Of a DNA stretch of 64,000 nt, positions 40,789-50,147 are shown in pieces. Origin of the DNA: an uncultured Thermoleophilia bacterium (GTDB lineage: Bacteria > Actinomycetota > Thermoleophilia > UBA2241); NCBI GenBank assembly GCA_963775255.1, contig CAVZIA010000012.1, positions 15,919-79,918 of the forward strand, given 5' to 3'. Position 1 is the first letter of the stretch, and each line of letters opens with the position of its first letter. Under the pieces are notes generated by a model that saw nothing but the letters and a program-made list of their open reading frames with translations, made no database searches and was not told where the DNA came from. A program made the position numbers and the translations under genes.

Positions 40789-43700
40789 CAGCCACCTCCT
40801 CGCGACACTCACGAGCCTCGTCGGCCGCGTCCTGCGACCACCAGCGAAGGAAGCCCTTGCTGTCCAGGTACGCCTCGCAGCGCGTCATGGCGCCGGCGTC
40901 GTTCTGGTGCTCGTCGAACTGCAGGGTCAGATACGGCTTGCCCGAGGCGTCGCGCACGTAGTGCTTGATGTACGAGTCGGGGCCGCACTTGAAGTTGGTC
41001 ATGTAGATCAGGTGCAGGTTCTCGCGGTCGCGCACGAACGTCGCGGTCTGCAGGATCTTGCGCCCGTAGTTCCAGAACATGTTGGGCACGATCGGGTCGA
41101 TGTCGATGCCGCGGATGGGCAGGAAGTCGAGCGGGATCACGTTGACCCCATAGAACTTGCGCAGCTTGCGCGGGATGTCCATGTTGATGCCCTTGTCGTA
41201 CATGTTGTACGGGCGTCCCACCAGGACGACCCCGAGCTCGCCGGCAAGGTCGAGGCGCTCGAGCGCCTCGGCGCCGGCCGCCAGCAGCTTGCCGCGGAAC
41301 ACGTCCTGCGCCTTGTAGGCGGCGTCCAGCGCGCTGCGCACCTGGGTCTTGCTCACTCCGAGTCTCTGCATCATCTCGGCGAAATCCTGGATGAGCCCTT
41401 CGCGGCCGTCGCGGAACCGCACACGCGGGTCGAGGATCTTCTCCCGGTGGGCCCGGAGCCCCGGCGCGTGCTTGACCACGAACGGCAGCGTCTGGCCCCA
41501 CGGACAGGCGTGCGAGTTGTACTGCATGAACTCGGTCTCTTCGTTGACCTGGTTCGGCAGGAAGACCCAGTCGACGCCCTCGTCGAACAGCCACTGCACG
41601 TGGCCGTGCGCCACGCGGATGGGGAAGCACGGCTCGGCGACGGTGAGCGCCACGCCCGCTTCGCGGATGGCCTTGTCGCTCTCCGGCGACATGACGGGGC
41701 GCAGGCCGAGCTCGGCGAAGAAGGCGGACCAGAAGGGCAGGCGGTCGTGGGTGTACATGGCTCGCGCGAAGCCGACGGTGGGCGCCGTCTCGGGCACGCG
41801 TGCACGTGCCGCCTCGTACGGCGCCAGCAGTTGCTCCTCACGGAAGGCTATGAGGTCGGCGATGATGGGCTCTTTGTCGACCTTGGCCGGCTTGCGGTAG
41901 CGGTCGGAGCACTTGTCGCCCCAGTACGTCTTCTCGCCCTCGATGGTGAACTGCCGCACGTCGCACTCGTTGGAGCACGCCTTGCAGACGAAGTCGAGCA
42001 CCGTGTAGTCGACCTGCTGCAGGTCCCAGCCGCGGAACGAGGTGGGCTCGCCCGTGCGCTGGACGCGCTCGCGCGCGAGGAGCGCCATGCCGAGCGCGCC
42101 CATGACGCCGTTGTGCGGCGGCACGATGACTTCCTTCTCGAGGATCTGGCTGAACGCCGCGGCGACGGCGTCGTTGTAAGCGGTACCGCCCTGGAAGAAG
42201 ATCACGTCGCCGATGTGGCGCTCGCGGACCAGGCGGTTCAGGTAGTTGGTGGCGATGCTGAAGGCGAGACCGGCCACCAGGTCGTCGCGGCGCGCGCCGC
42301 GCTGCTGGTAGGCCATGACGTCGCGCTCCATGAACACCGTACAGCGCTCGCCCAGCCGCACCGGCGTGTCAGAACCGAGCGCGAGATCGGCGAACTCGCC
42401 GACGATGCTGATGCCGAGCTTCTCGGCCTGCTCTTCGAGGAAGGACCCCGTGCCGGCGGCGCACGCCTCGTTCATGGCGAAGTCGACGACGATGCCGTCC
42501 TGCAGGCTGATGAACTTGCTGTCCTGGCCGCCGATCTCGAAGATCGTGTCGCACTGCTTGCCGATCTTGCGGCCGATGAAGTCGGCGCCCGTCTTGTGGG
42601 CGGTGATCTCGTCGGTGATGATGTCCGCCCCGGTGAGCTCGCCGATGAGCTCGCGACCGGAGCCGGTGGTGCCCACGCCGAGCAGATTGATGTTGTCGCC
42701 GATCTCGTCGCGGATGTCGGCGAGGCCCTTGGTCACTACCTCCACCGGGCGGGCGTCGGTCTTGGTGTAGATCTCCTTGAGGACCTCGCCGGCGTCGTTG
42801 ATGACGACGAGGTTGGTGGACACGGACCCGATGTCGATGCCCATGTACACGTCGACGACCTCGTCGCCCTCGAACTCAAAGGGTCTGGCCATGTCGCGCA
42901 GCAGCACCACGCGGTCCATGGAGAGAGGCTCGGTGGTGGGGAACTCCGCTGCCGGAAGACTGTCGACGTCGAGGCCGAGGATCGCGCGGTCGCGAGCGGT
43001 CTCGACGTCGGCCTCGATGAGCGCAGCGCCGATGGCGCCCATGCTCGCGTGGTACTCCGGGATGAAGAGCTGGCCGTCTTCGAGGCCGAAGGCCTCGCGC
43101 AGCGAGCGCACGGCGCCCTCGTTGGCGGCCACGCCGCCGATGAACGCCACGGGCGGGTCGATGACCTTGCCCTTGGCGATCGTGCCCTTGAAGTTCCGCA
43201 TGACGGCGTCGCAGAGGCCGCGAAGCACCTCGGGGGGCTCGTAGCCCTTCTGCTGCGCGTGGATCATGTCGCTCTTGGCGAACACGCTGCAGCGGCCGGC
43301 GATGCTGGCCGGCTTGCTGGCCTCGAGCACGATACCGCCGACGTCCTCGATGTCGTAGAGGAGGCGGCTCGCCTGCTGGTCCATGAAGGACCCGGTGCCG
43401 GCGGCGCAGTCGCCGTTGGTCTGGTAGTCGACGATGCCGGCGTGACCGCCGTCGCCGGGCTCCAGACGGATGAACTTGGAGGTCTCGCCGCCCATCTCGA
43501 AGATGGTCTGCGTCTCCGGGTTCAGCGCTCCCACGCCGCGCGTGATGGCCTTGAACTCGTTCTCGAAGGCCGCGTCGAGCGCGGGACCGACCAGGCGGCC
43601 GCCGGAGCCTGTGACACGGGCGCCGTGCAGAGAGCCTTCGGGAAGGACGGCCAGCAACTCGCCGAGCAGCGCCTGCGCCGACTCGGCCGGACTGCCCTTG

Positions 43701-43882
43701 ATGCGCCTGTACCGCGCCACGAGCACCGGCGCTCCGTCGATGACGGTCAGGCCGTCGCGCGGTGTCTGGAAGAGGTCCGGATGCTGCCGGAGAAGGTCAG
43801 AGAACAGACCTTGGTCATCAGCCCGGCCGACGAGCGCGGCCTTGAGGCTGATGCAGCCGATATCGATGCCAAGCGTGGTCAT
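40772..43882 (-). CDS. Acyl-CoA dehydratase activase (tandem BadF/BcrAD ATPase domains plus DUF2229)
   Basis: GIDIG x2, CAAGTGSF x2, GRCSVF/GERCTVF, CFPIRVAHGH, NFKCGPDS. Confidence 0.9.
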   Translation of the reverse strand: MTTLGIDIGCISLKAALVGRADDQGLFSDLLRQHPDLFQTPRDGLTVIDGAPVLVARYRRIKGSPAESAQALLGELLAVLPEGSLHGARVTGSGGRLVGPALDAAFENEFKAITRGVGALNPETQTIFEMGGETSKFIRLEPGDGGHAGIVDYQTNGDCAAGTGSFMDQQASRLLYDIEDVGGIVLEASKPASIAGRCSVFAKSDMIHAQQKGYEPPEVLRGLCDAVMRNFKGTIAKGKVIDPPVAFIGGVAANEGAVRSLREAFGLEDGQLFIPEYHASMGAIGAALIEADVETARDRAILGLDVDSLPAAEFPTTEPLSMDRVVLLRDMARPFEFEGDEVVDVYMGIDIGSVSTNLVVINDAGEVLKEIYTKTDARPVEVVTKGLADIRDEIGDNINLLGVGTTGSGRELIGELTGADIITDEITAHKTGADFIGRKIGKQCDTIFEIGGQDSKFISLQDGIVVDFAMNEACAAGTGSFLEEQAEKLGISIVGEFADLALGSDTPVRLGERCTVFMERDVMAYQQRGARRDDLVAGLAFSIATNYLNRLVRERHIGDVIFFQGGTAYNDAVAAAFSQILEKEVIVPPHNGVMGALGMALLARERVQRTGEPTSFRGWDLQQVDYTVLDFVCKACSNECDVRQFTIEGEKTYWGDKCSDRYRKPAKVDKEPIIADLIAFREEQLLAPYEAARARVPETAPTVGFARAMYTHDRLPFWSAFFAELGLRPVMSPESDKAIREAGVALTVAEPCFPIRVAHGHVQWLFDEGVDWVFLPNQVNEETEFMQYNSHACPWGQTLPFVVKHAPGLRAHREKILDPRVRFRDGREGLIQDFAEMMQRLGVSKTQVRSALDAAYKAQDVFRGKLLAAGAEALERLDLAGELGVVLVGRPYNMYDKGINMDIPRKLRKFYGVNVIPLDFLPIRGIDIDPIVPNMFWNYGRKILQTATFVRDRENLHLIYMTNFKCGPDSYIKHYVRDASGKPYLTLQFDEHQNDAGAMTRCEAYLDSKGFLRWWSQDAADEARECREEVAGGVEG

Positions 43883-43923
43883 GGGTGTACGACGTGGTCC
43901 TCCCTGGGGGCCGGAGCGCCCCA

Positions 43924-44013
43924 CCGACTGCAAAAGACTGCCCCGCCGACTGCAAAGACTACCGTCCGCGCCCGCGCGGGGCAAACCGCCTGCAAAGAAG
44001 ACTATAAGAGTCT
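43924..44013. repeat. Direct repeats in the divergent promoter region
   Basis: CCGACTGCAAA(A)GACT x2, a degenerate CTGCAAAGAAGACT, and an AGACT-N5-AGTCT dyad. Confidence 0.55.
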
Positions 44014-44213
44014 GTTTTTGCCGTCAACGCGGCGCCGTCGACGCTGCCGTCGGGCGACCTGGGCGCGCCTCCAACGTGACCCCCTGCGACCCGGAACGTC
44101 ACCACGGCAGAGGCTCCGTGACCCTGTGCGGCCGGCCGGCGCGCCCCTAGCATGCTCCTGCGGCGCGCCGGCCGGCCCGCGCTCGTCACATCACACGACC
44201 CGTGGGGGCAATC

Positions 44214-45005
44214 GTGAACGAATCGACCACGCTCACCAACCGCGAACGGCGCGAGAACGTCGCGTTCCTGGGTCAGGCGTTCCTCGCCGCCCAGAGGCTG
44301 CCGTCCGAGATCCTCGACGCCGAGCAGCGGGACATCTTCCTGCAGGACGAGCCGGAGCAGAGCCGGCTGTTCTACGTCCTGCTGTGTTACGGCGCGCTCG
44401 CCGCGCAACCGGCTCCCGAGTCGGTCGTCGACGCCGACTGGCGCCGGCTCACCGACGCCGGGGTCGTCGACGCCCTGTTCGCCGGGGAGTTCGACCTCAC
44501 CCGCTACGCGCTGGACCCGCCCGTGTCCCGCAACGACAGCAAGGGCAAGATCATCGACTTCGTGCGTCTCGCCGAGACGCGCGAGACATGGGGCCGGCTC
44601 CTGCCCCAGCCGCCCGACCCCGACGTCGCGGTCGACGTACTGCACGCCGCCTCCGGCGGCGCACTCAAGTCGCGCGCCTTCTGGGCGGTGCGCGAGATGC
44701 GTCGCTACGGGCTCTGGGAGGACGAGTCACTCGACCGGTTCGCGTGCGTCCCCGACGGCCGCGTGCGTAAGCGCGCGGTGCGCATGGGCCTCGTCGACCT
44801 GCCGGAGAAGGCCGACACGTTCGCCGACATGAAGGCGGTCTCGCGCGCCCTGCACGCGGTGCTGCGCCTGGGCGAGTCCCCCGACGGCTGCTTCGACCTC
44901 CCCATCAGCATGGCCGACCAGCGCTGCGAGGTGTGCGACGCGGCGCGCATGGCGGCGTGCCCCATGCCGCACTGCCGCTGGCGGCGGGAGCACGCGGAGG
45001 CCTGA
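44214..45005 (+). CDS. Hypothetical protein, possibly a divergent HhH-GPD glycosylase with a C-terminal Cys cluster
   Basis: VPDGRVRKRAVRMGLV resembles the D-x-H-V-x-R segment; CEVC-x6-CPMPHC. Confidence 0.5.
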   Translation: MNESTTLTNRERRENVAFLGQAFLAAQRLPSEILDAEQRDIFLQDEPEQSRLFYVLLCYGALAAQPAPESVVDADWRRLTDAGVVDALFAGEFDLTRYALDPPVSRNDSKGKIIDFVRLAETRETWGRLLPQPPDPDVAVDVLHAASGGALKSRAFWAVREMRRYGLWEDESLDRFACVPDGRVRKRAVRMGLVDLPEKADTFADMKAVSRALHAVLRLGESPDGCFDLPISMADQRCEVCDAARMAACPMPHCRWRREHAEA

Positions 45006-45193
45006 CGGGACTGCTCCTGGCAGATCTGCGGCGGCGGCGCAGGACGGCAGCGTCCCTGCGCCGCCGCCGCATCTACACCTGAATCCCAAGCTCAACTCGG
45101 GCGAAACCCCTATTTCAGCCTGGTCGATTCGGGAAAGAAACTATATGTAGCGGTCGTGCGGGGACCGTCGTACGAGACGGAAGGGGTCGAGAG

Positions 45194-45352
45194 ATGTTCT
45201 GGGAGATCCTGGCCTGGACGGGCGTGGTGCTGGTCTACGTGTTCCGCATCGCCGTCGTCGTCGGCATCGTGGCAGCGGTCTTCCTGATCGCCCGCTCGTT
45301 GCACGGCGCGAAAGCTCCGGCGCGTCACGCAGGAGTGCCGGGCCGCAGATAG
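45194..45352 (+). CDS. Small 52-aa membrane protein
   Basis: GAAGGGG RBS; MFWEILAWTGVVLVYVFRIAVVVGIVAAVFLIARSLHG... Confidence 0.5.
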   Translation: MFWEILAWTGVVLVYVFRIAVVVGIVAAVFLIARSLHGAKAPARHAGVPGRR

Positions 45353-45429
45353 CGCGAGTCGGTTCACCTCTTACGCCCCGGTCGCCGGCAGGTGGCCGGG
45401 GCGTTCGCGTCTCCAGGCCCGGTCCAGCC

Positions 45430-47907
45430 TCAGCGGACCTTGACGGTCGTCACCACCGGCTTGGCGAGGCGATTGCCGCCGAGGTCGACCGCCTTGAACG
45501 TGACGGTGAAGTTCCCCCGTTTGCGCGACTTCCAGGCGCAGACGTGCTTGGCGCCCTGCTTGACCCAACCGAGATTCAGCCTGGCGACCGCGGCGCCAGC
45601 GGCGTTGGTCACCGTCGCGCCGACCTTGACCGTCGCGCTGTAGGCAGCCATGGGCGTGCAGGAGATCTTCGCGGTCTTGCGGCGCGCCACACGCACCATC
45701 TTGGGCACCTTCAGGCGAGGAGCGACAAGGTCGACAGTGACGACCCGGGCCGCGGAGGTGACCCCCAGCGCGCCGTCGGCCGTCAGCCTGAAGGTGTAGC
45801 GGCCGCTCGTCGCCGGCTCGCCCCCCTTGAGCTTGCCGTCCCAGGTCGCAACCTGCTTGCCCTTGGCGAGATGCCCGAGAACCACGGTGCGCGCCACGGA
45901 GCGCCCCCGGAGGATCGTGGCCGTGACGTCGGCGGCGCGGGTCAGCGTGAACGGCAGAGTCACGGCGTCGCGAACGCCATCGTCGTTCGGCGACAAGGTG
46001 ACGCGCGAGACCGCAGCCAGTGCAAGCGTGCGGTCGATCGTGACCTTGCGCCGCACGGCCGTGGTGTTGCCCGCCGCGTCACGGATCTCGACCTGGACGG
46101 TCGCGGCACCCTCGGGAGCAGGCGTCAGCTTGCCGCCCGAGAGGATACGGCCGTCCCACTTGGCCTTCTGCGCCGAGGCGGTGACCCAGGTCCAGGACGT
46201 CAGACGCCGAAGCGCCTTTCCGTCGCCGTCCACCACGGAGACCCGCGCCTGGACGGCCTCCGCCGGTGTGTAGCTGATCTGCGCCACGTCGCTCTGCCCA
46301 TCATCGTTGGGGCTGAACGGGTCGGGCGTCACGTCGGCGCTCTCCAGGTGCGGCGGGGCGGTGTCGAGCCGTACCGTGGCCGTCGCGGGACGCGCCACGC
46401 CGGCGGCGCTGGTGGCGTCGACCTGCAGGGTGTACGCGCCGTCGGGCAGCAGTCTGCCGTCGTCGTCCCGGCCGTCCCAGACGGTCTGGATGACCTTGCC
46501 CTCGCCGCCGTCGTGGCACACCAGCTGTCCGGCGGCGTCGCGGATCTCCAGCGTCCACGTCGCCTGCTGCGAGATGGTGAACCCGACGGTCACTTCGTCG
46601 TTGACGCCGTCGCCGTTGGGGCTGATGGCCGGGTCGTCCGGCATCAGGCCGTAGATCTTAGGCTGGCCGGTGCGCGCCACGACCTTGCGGACGTTGGGCA
46701 GTTGGGCGTACAGCCGGTTGCCGGGGCAGTCGGTGTAGTTGGCGTCGCGGTGCCCGGCGATGGCCGGGAGCGTCACGTGCTGGCCCGTCGCGTACTTCTC
46801 GCCGTAGCCGCACACCAGCGTCCCCGTGCCGAGCGGGTCGACGTGGTGGACGTCCAGCTTCCACTCGAGGAGCCGCTCGAGCGAGGTGACCGAGGCCGAC
46901 GTGGGATTGGCGTGCGTGAAGGTCCCGATGACGGAGATGCCGGTGCTCCCGGTGTTGAAGCCGAGCACCTGGGCGCCGATGACCCCACGGGAGACGCCTC
47001 CGTAGCGACCTTCGTAGATGACGCCGTACCGGTCGATGAGGAAGTTGTAGCCCACGTCGCTCCAGTGCAGCGACTTGGTGTGATAGGCGTAGACGCCGCG
47101 GACGACGGCGGGCGCCTCCGCGGCGGAGTAGTCGTTGCCGCTGTCCGTGTGGTGGACGAAGGCCACCTTGACCGGCGCGTAGTCGGGCTTGCCCGAGCGC
47201 CAGGATTCATTGGCGCCCCACTGCGCGCGGGTCACGATCTGGGGCTTGCTGGTCATCGCCGCCGCGGTCTGCGTGAAGTGAAGGCCGGCAATGGTGGCGG
47301 CGGTGCGCCGCACGGCCCCAAGGACCGTCGCGGCGGTGTCCGCGTCCTCGCTGCTGTTGATGGCGACCACGTGCACGTCGCGGAGGCGCGCCGGCGCGGG
47401 AGCGGCGCCCCCGGCGCGCTGCGCCGCGACCTGCACGTAGCGGCCGGCGCCGGTCCAGATGGGCTCGGTGAAGGCCTTCTCCGGCCCGCCCTCTTCAGCG
47501 GCGCGCTCGAGCGTGACGGTATACCAGCGGCTCCAGGCCCGGCCGTCCCGGCTCGTGCGCAGCAGCACCTGCACGTCGCCGGCGCGGGCCGGCGGTCTGC
47601 ACGTGACGCCGGCCATGGTGAAGGTCATGCCCGGGTCGACCGTGACGGCGCCGGCCGTCGGCGCCGCGCCGGCTGCCCCGGCGGCGCGGCCGGCTGCGCT
47701 CCGCGTGGTCGCGGTGGGCGCCACCGGTCCCACGGTGAGCCCGCCCTGCAGGACCGCCGTCCGCAGCGCGACGGGCGGGTCGTTCATCCACGCGGCCACA
47801 GCGTCGCTCAGACGCGGCGCAGCCCAGACCGCCGCGACCGCCGCGACGGTGCAGAGGATGGAGATTGCCGCTCGACGCGCGGCGCGGTTGTGAGGATCAG
47901 TCGCCAT
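45430..47907 (-). CDS. N-acetylmuramoyl-L-alanine amidase (Amidase_2/PGRP) with FlgD Ig-like repeats
   Basis: FVHHTDS, WSDVGYNFLIDRYG.IYEGR, GHRD..TDCPG; three SPN.DG..D / WDG repeats. Confidence 0.9.
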   Translation of the reverse strand: MATDPHNRAARRAAISILCTVAAVAAVWAAPRLSDAVAAWMNDPPVALRTAVLQGGLTVGPVAPTATTRSAAGRAAGAAGAAPTAGAVTVDPGMTFTMAGVTCRPPARAGDVQVLLRTSRDGRAWSRWYTVTLERAAEEGGPEKAFTEPIWTGAGRYVQVAAQRAGGAAPAPARLRDVHVVAINSSEDADTAATVLGAVRRTAATIAGLHFTQTAAAMTSKPQIVTRAQWGANESWRSGKPDYAPVKVAFVHHTDSGNDYSAAEAPAVVRGVYAYHTKSLHWSDVGYNFLIDRYGVIYEGRYGGVSRGVIGAQVLGFNTGSTGISVIGTFTHANPTSASVTSLERLLEWKLDVHHVDPLGTGTLVCGYGEKYATGQHVTLPAIAGHRDANYTDCPGNRLYAQLPNVRKVVARTGQPKIYGLMPDDPAISPNGDGVNDEVTVGFTISQQATWTLEIRDAAGQLVCHDGGEGKVIQTVWDGRDDDGRLLPDGAYTLQVDATSAAGVARPATATVRLDTAPPHLESADVTPDPFSPNDDGQSDVAQISYTPAEAVQARVSVVDGDGKALRRLTSWTWVTASAQKAKWDGRILSGGKLTPAPEGAATVQVEIRDAAGNTTAVRRKVTIDRTLALAAVSRVTLSPNDDGVRDAVTLPFTLTRAADVTATILRGRSVARTVVLGHLAKGKQVATWDGKLKGGEPATSGRYTFRLTADGALGVTSAARVVTVDLVAPRLKVPKMVRVARRKTAKISCTPMAAYSATVKVGATVTNAAGAAVARLNLGWVKQGAKHVCAWKSRKRGNFTVTFKAVDLGGNRLAKPVVTTVKVR

Positions 47908-48034
47908 AGGCCCGTTCGGCTGACTTCAGGTTTCGACAGCCTAGCACGGATTCCTCAGGCGGGCGGCAGGGCCCCTCAAGGCCCCACCGCCCGCCCGGTA
48001 CGCCGCGAAGCGCCGGCGCAGCCTCAGCGATGCT

Positions 48035-49438
48035 TCAGCGCTGCGCCGCCTCGACGATCTTCGCGGTCTTGACGTGCTTGTCGACCTCGTCTTCTTTCTC
48101 GGCGCTCATGCAGCTCCAGATGGGGCTGTAGAGGCGGTCGACGGTCTTCGCGTACTGGTCGAGCTCGTCCTGCAGATCGGTGATCATTACGTCGCCGCCG
48201 GGATGCGTGGGATGCGCCCCGGTCGCCGCCATGATCTCGCGCGACTGCGTGGGGTTGTCGATCCACATGCACGGCATGAGCAGGTTGTGGTTGAAGGGCT
48301 GCCTGCTCCGGATCTCACGGAAGAAGTCCGAGTTGAACGCCTCCATGAGGCTGACGTCGCGGATGTTGTCGGTGGCGAAGTGCGTGAAGATGCACGGCTC
48401 CACCCAGCCCTCGCTGTTGATGTGCATGTAGTGCTTGCCGGCGATGCAGCCGTTGACCCACGGCGCGTCTCCCCAGAAGTCGACCGGGAAGAGAGCCTTG
48501 GTGTCACGGATGCGGTTGATGCCGACGCGGAACTCGTTGCGCTCCTGCGCGTTGAGCATGAGGCTCGTGTCGGGGTCGCGCCCCACCGGCATGTAGAGGA
48601 AGTGCCACGCAAGCAGCGCACCCTTGGCGATGAGCGGATCGACGAACTCGTCGCTGAGGAGCGCCTGCCAGGTGTTGCGCGTGACCGTGGCCGAGTAACC
48701 GAAGAGCACGCCCGCCTGACCGAGGTGGTCCATGTTCTCCATGACCTGATCGTGCACGCCGTCGCCGCGCCGCCGGTCGGTGAGCTCGGGAGAGCCCTCG
48801 AGACTCAGCATCGGGGCGATATTGCCGACCTTGGCCAGCTCGTCGATGGTGTCGTGATCGAGGAGCGTGCCGTTGGTGAACACCTGGAAGTAGGCGTCCT
48901 TGTTCTCCCGCGCGAAGTCGAGCAGCTCGTCCCACATGAACGGCTCGCCACCGAGCAGCGTGAACAGGTAGACACCCATGTCGTTGCCCTCGTCCACGAT
49001 CTTCTGCATCAGACGGCGGTCGAGGTCTTGATCGATGTTGTACTCCGACGCGTAGCAGCCCTCGCAAGCGAGGTTGCAGCGCATGGTGGGACTCATGAGG
49101 ATCGTGGTCGGCGCGTTGTTCCCCGTGTTCTCGATGAGCTTCTTCCGCTTGTCGACGCCGCGAAGAAGAGTGTTAACGATAAGACATTCGATGAATGCGT
49201 CGCGACAACGCGGACTGAGCTTCGAGGTCACGTGCTTGGCGATCAGGAGCGCCGGATGGTCGTCCTCCACCTTGTCCGCCACGAAGCGGACCGAGCTCTT
49301 GTATTGGTCTGGGGTGATCTTCTCAGCCAGGTTGAAGGCCTTGACGATCTTCGTCTTGTCGTCGCTGGCCGCCAGCTTGAGCATCTGGTTGATCACCTGC
49401 CGTTGTGCGGCAGTGTAGAGGCCGCCGGTACGGCTCAT
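48035..49438 (-). CDS. Radical SAM protein with a SPASM/twitch-like C-terminal domain
   Basis: CNLACEGC, GGEP, FTNGT, GCIAG...GWVEPC, NLLMPC; GGGAGG RBS. Confidence 0.9.
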   Translation of the reverse strand: MSRTGGLYTAAQRQVINQMLKLAASDDKTKIVKAFNLAEKITPDQYKSSVRFVADKVEDDHPALLIAKHVTSKLSPRCRDAFIECLIVNTLLRGVDKRKKLIENTGNNAPTTILMSPTMRCNLACEGCYASEYNIDQDLDRRLMQKIVDEGNDMGVYLFTLLGGEPFMWDELLDFARENKDAYFQVFTNGTLLDHDTIDELAKVGNIAPMLSLEGSPELTDRRRGDGVHDQVMENMDHLGQAGVLFGYSATVTRNTWQALLSDEFVDPLIAKGALLAWHFLYMPVGRDPDTSLMLNAQERNEFRVGINRIRDTKALFPVDFWGDAPWVNGCIAGKHYMHINSEGWVEPCIFTHFATDNIRDVSLMEAFNSDFFREIRSRQPFNHNLLMPCMWIDNPTQSREIMAATGAHPTHPGGDVMITDLQDELDQYAKTVDRLYSPIWSCMSAEKEDEVDKHVKTAKIVEAAQR

Positions 49439-49897
49439 CCATCTCCTCCCTTCTGTCGTCGCGCGCAAGGCGTCCATGCGTGCGCGCGTGCCCGTCGTTC
49501 AGTGGTGGGCCAAAGGAGAGGGACTGGGCGGCTCGACACCGCGGACTGCCGCCTGGACGCGTCGGCACCCCCTCCAACGGTCTGCGTATTGTGAGCCGAA
49601 GTCTATCACCGGGTCGACGGTACCGGACCAAACTTGCCCGAGAAATCCTGAGCAATGTCCGCCCGGGCGAAAGGTTTCGCGTCTCCCCATCGTTAGAGAG
49701 ATGACCGCGGACGATGTCCCGGTCGCCTCCAGCTGCCAGGCTGGCTGGCTGATCGCCCGCGCCGGGTCGCTCCACACCGGCGCGGGCGGTCGCTTTTCAC
49801 GGGCCGCCCCGGCGCTCGGCCCCATGAGTGAGATCCGCTCAAGCGCGGGCGTAGCCAGTCTGGAGACACTTCCTGTGCCAATCCGTCTAGGAAGCCC

Positions 49898-49925
49898 TCA
49901 ACTTTCACGCGCGAAGAGCCGATAC
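49898..49925 (+). promoter_or_regulatory. Sigma28 (FliA/WhiG)-like promoter directly upstream of the riboswitch
   Basis: TCAA-N16-GCCGATAC; the predicted TSS falls just 5' of the aptamer. Confidence 0.55.
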
Positions 49926-49935
49926 GGACTGCGAA

Positions 49936-50014
49936 CGACAAAGGCAAACCTGTCGTGAGGCAGGGACGCAAAGCCAGAGGTCTTGAAAATGGTCAAGATA
50001 GCTCGGTTGCCGAA
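49936..50014 (+). ncRNA. c-di-GMP-I (GEMM) riboswitch
   Basis: GGCAAA-CCTGTC-GTGA(GNRA)-GGCAGG-GACGCAAAGCC..GGTCT..AGATAGC..GTTGCC matches the class I consensus. Confidence 0.92.
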
Positions 50015-50147
50015 CCGGACCGCAGTCGCGGATCTCGATCTCAGCGACGAGCGCCTCTCGCTAGTCCCGCCTCGAGACACCGACACAGGCAAACGTCCGC
50101 CGGCCTTGAGCAAGTCGGCAGGCCAAAGGAGCACTGGTGTGGAGGCG

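Noticed and set aside
40907-44770. 1287-aa plus-strand ORF (likewise 35127-37685, 45544-48072 and 59194-62256)
   Set aside because: Antisense shadows of the activase, ABC-F, amidase and hppA genes, caused by codon bias.
49983-50147. Upstream TTG start for the peptidase
   Set aside because: It lies inside the riboswitch. The signal peptide and GGAGG RBS point to 50148 or 50154.
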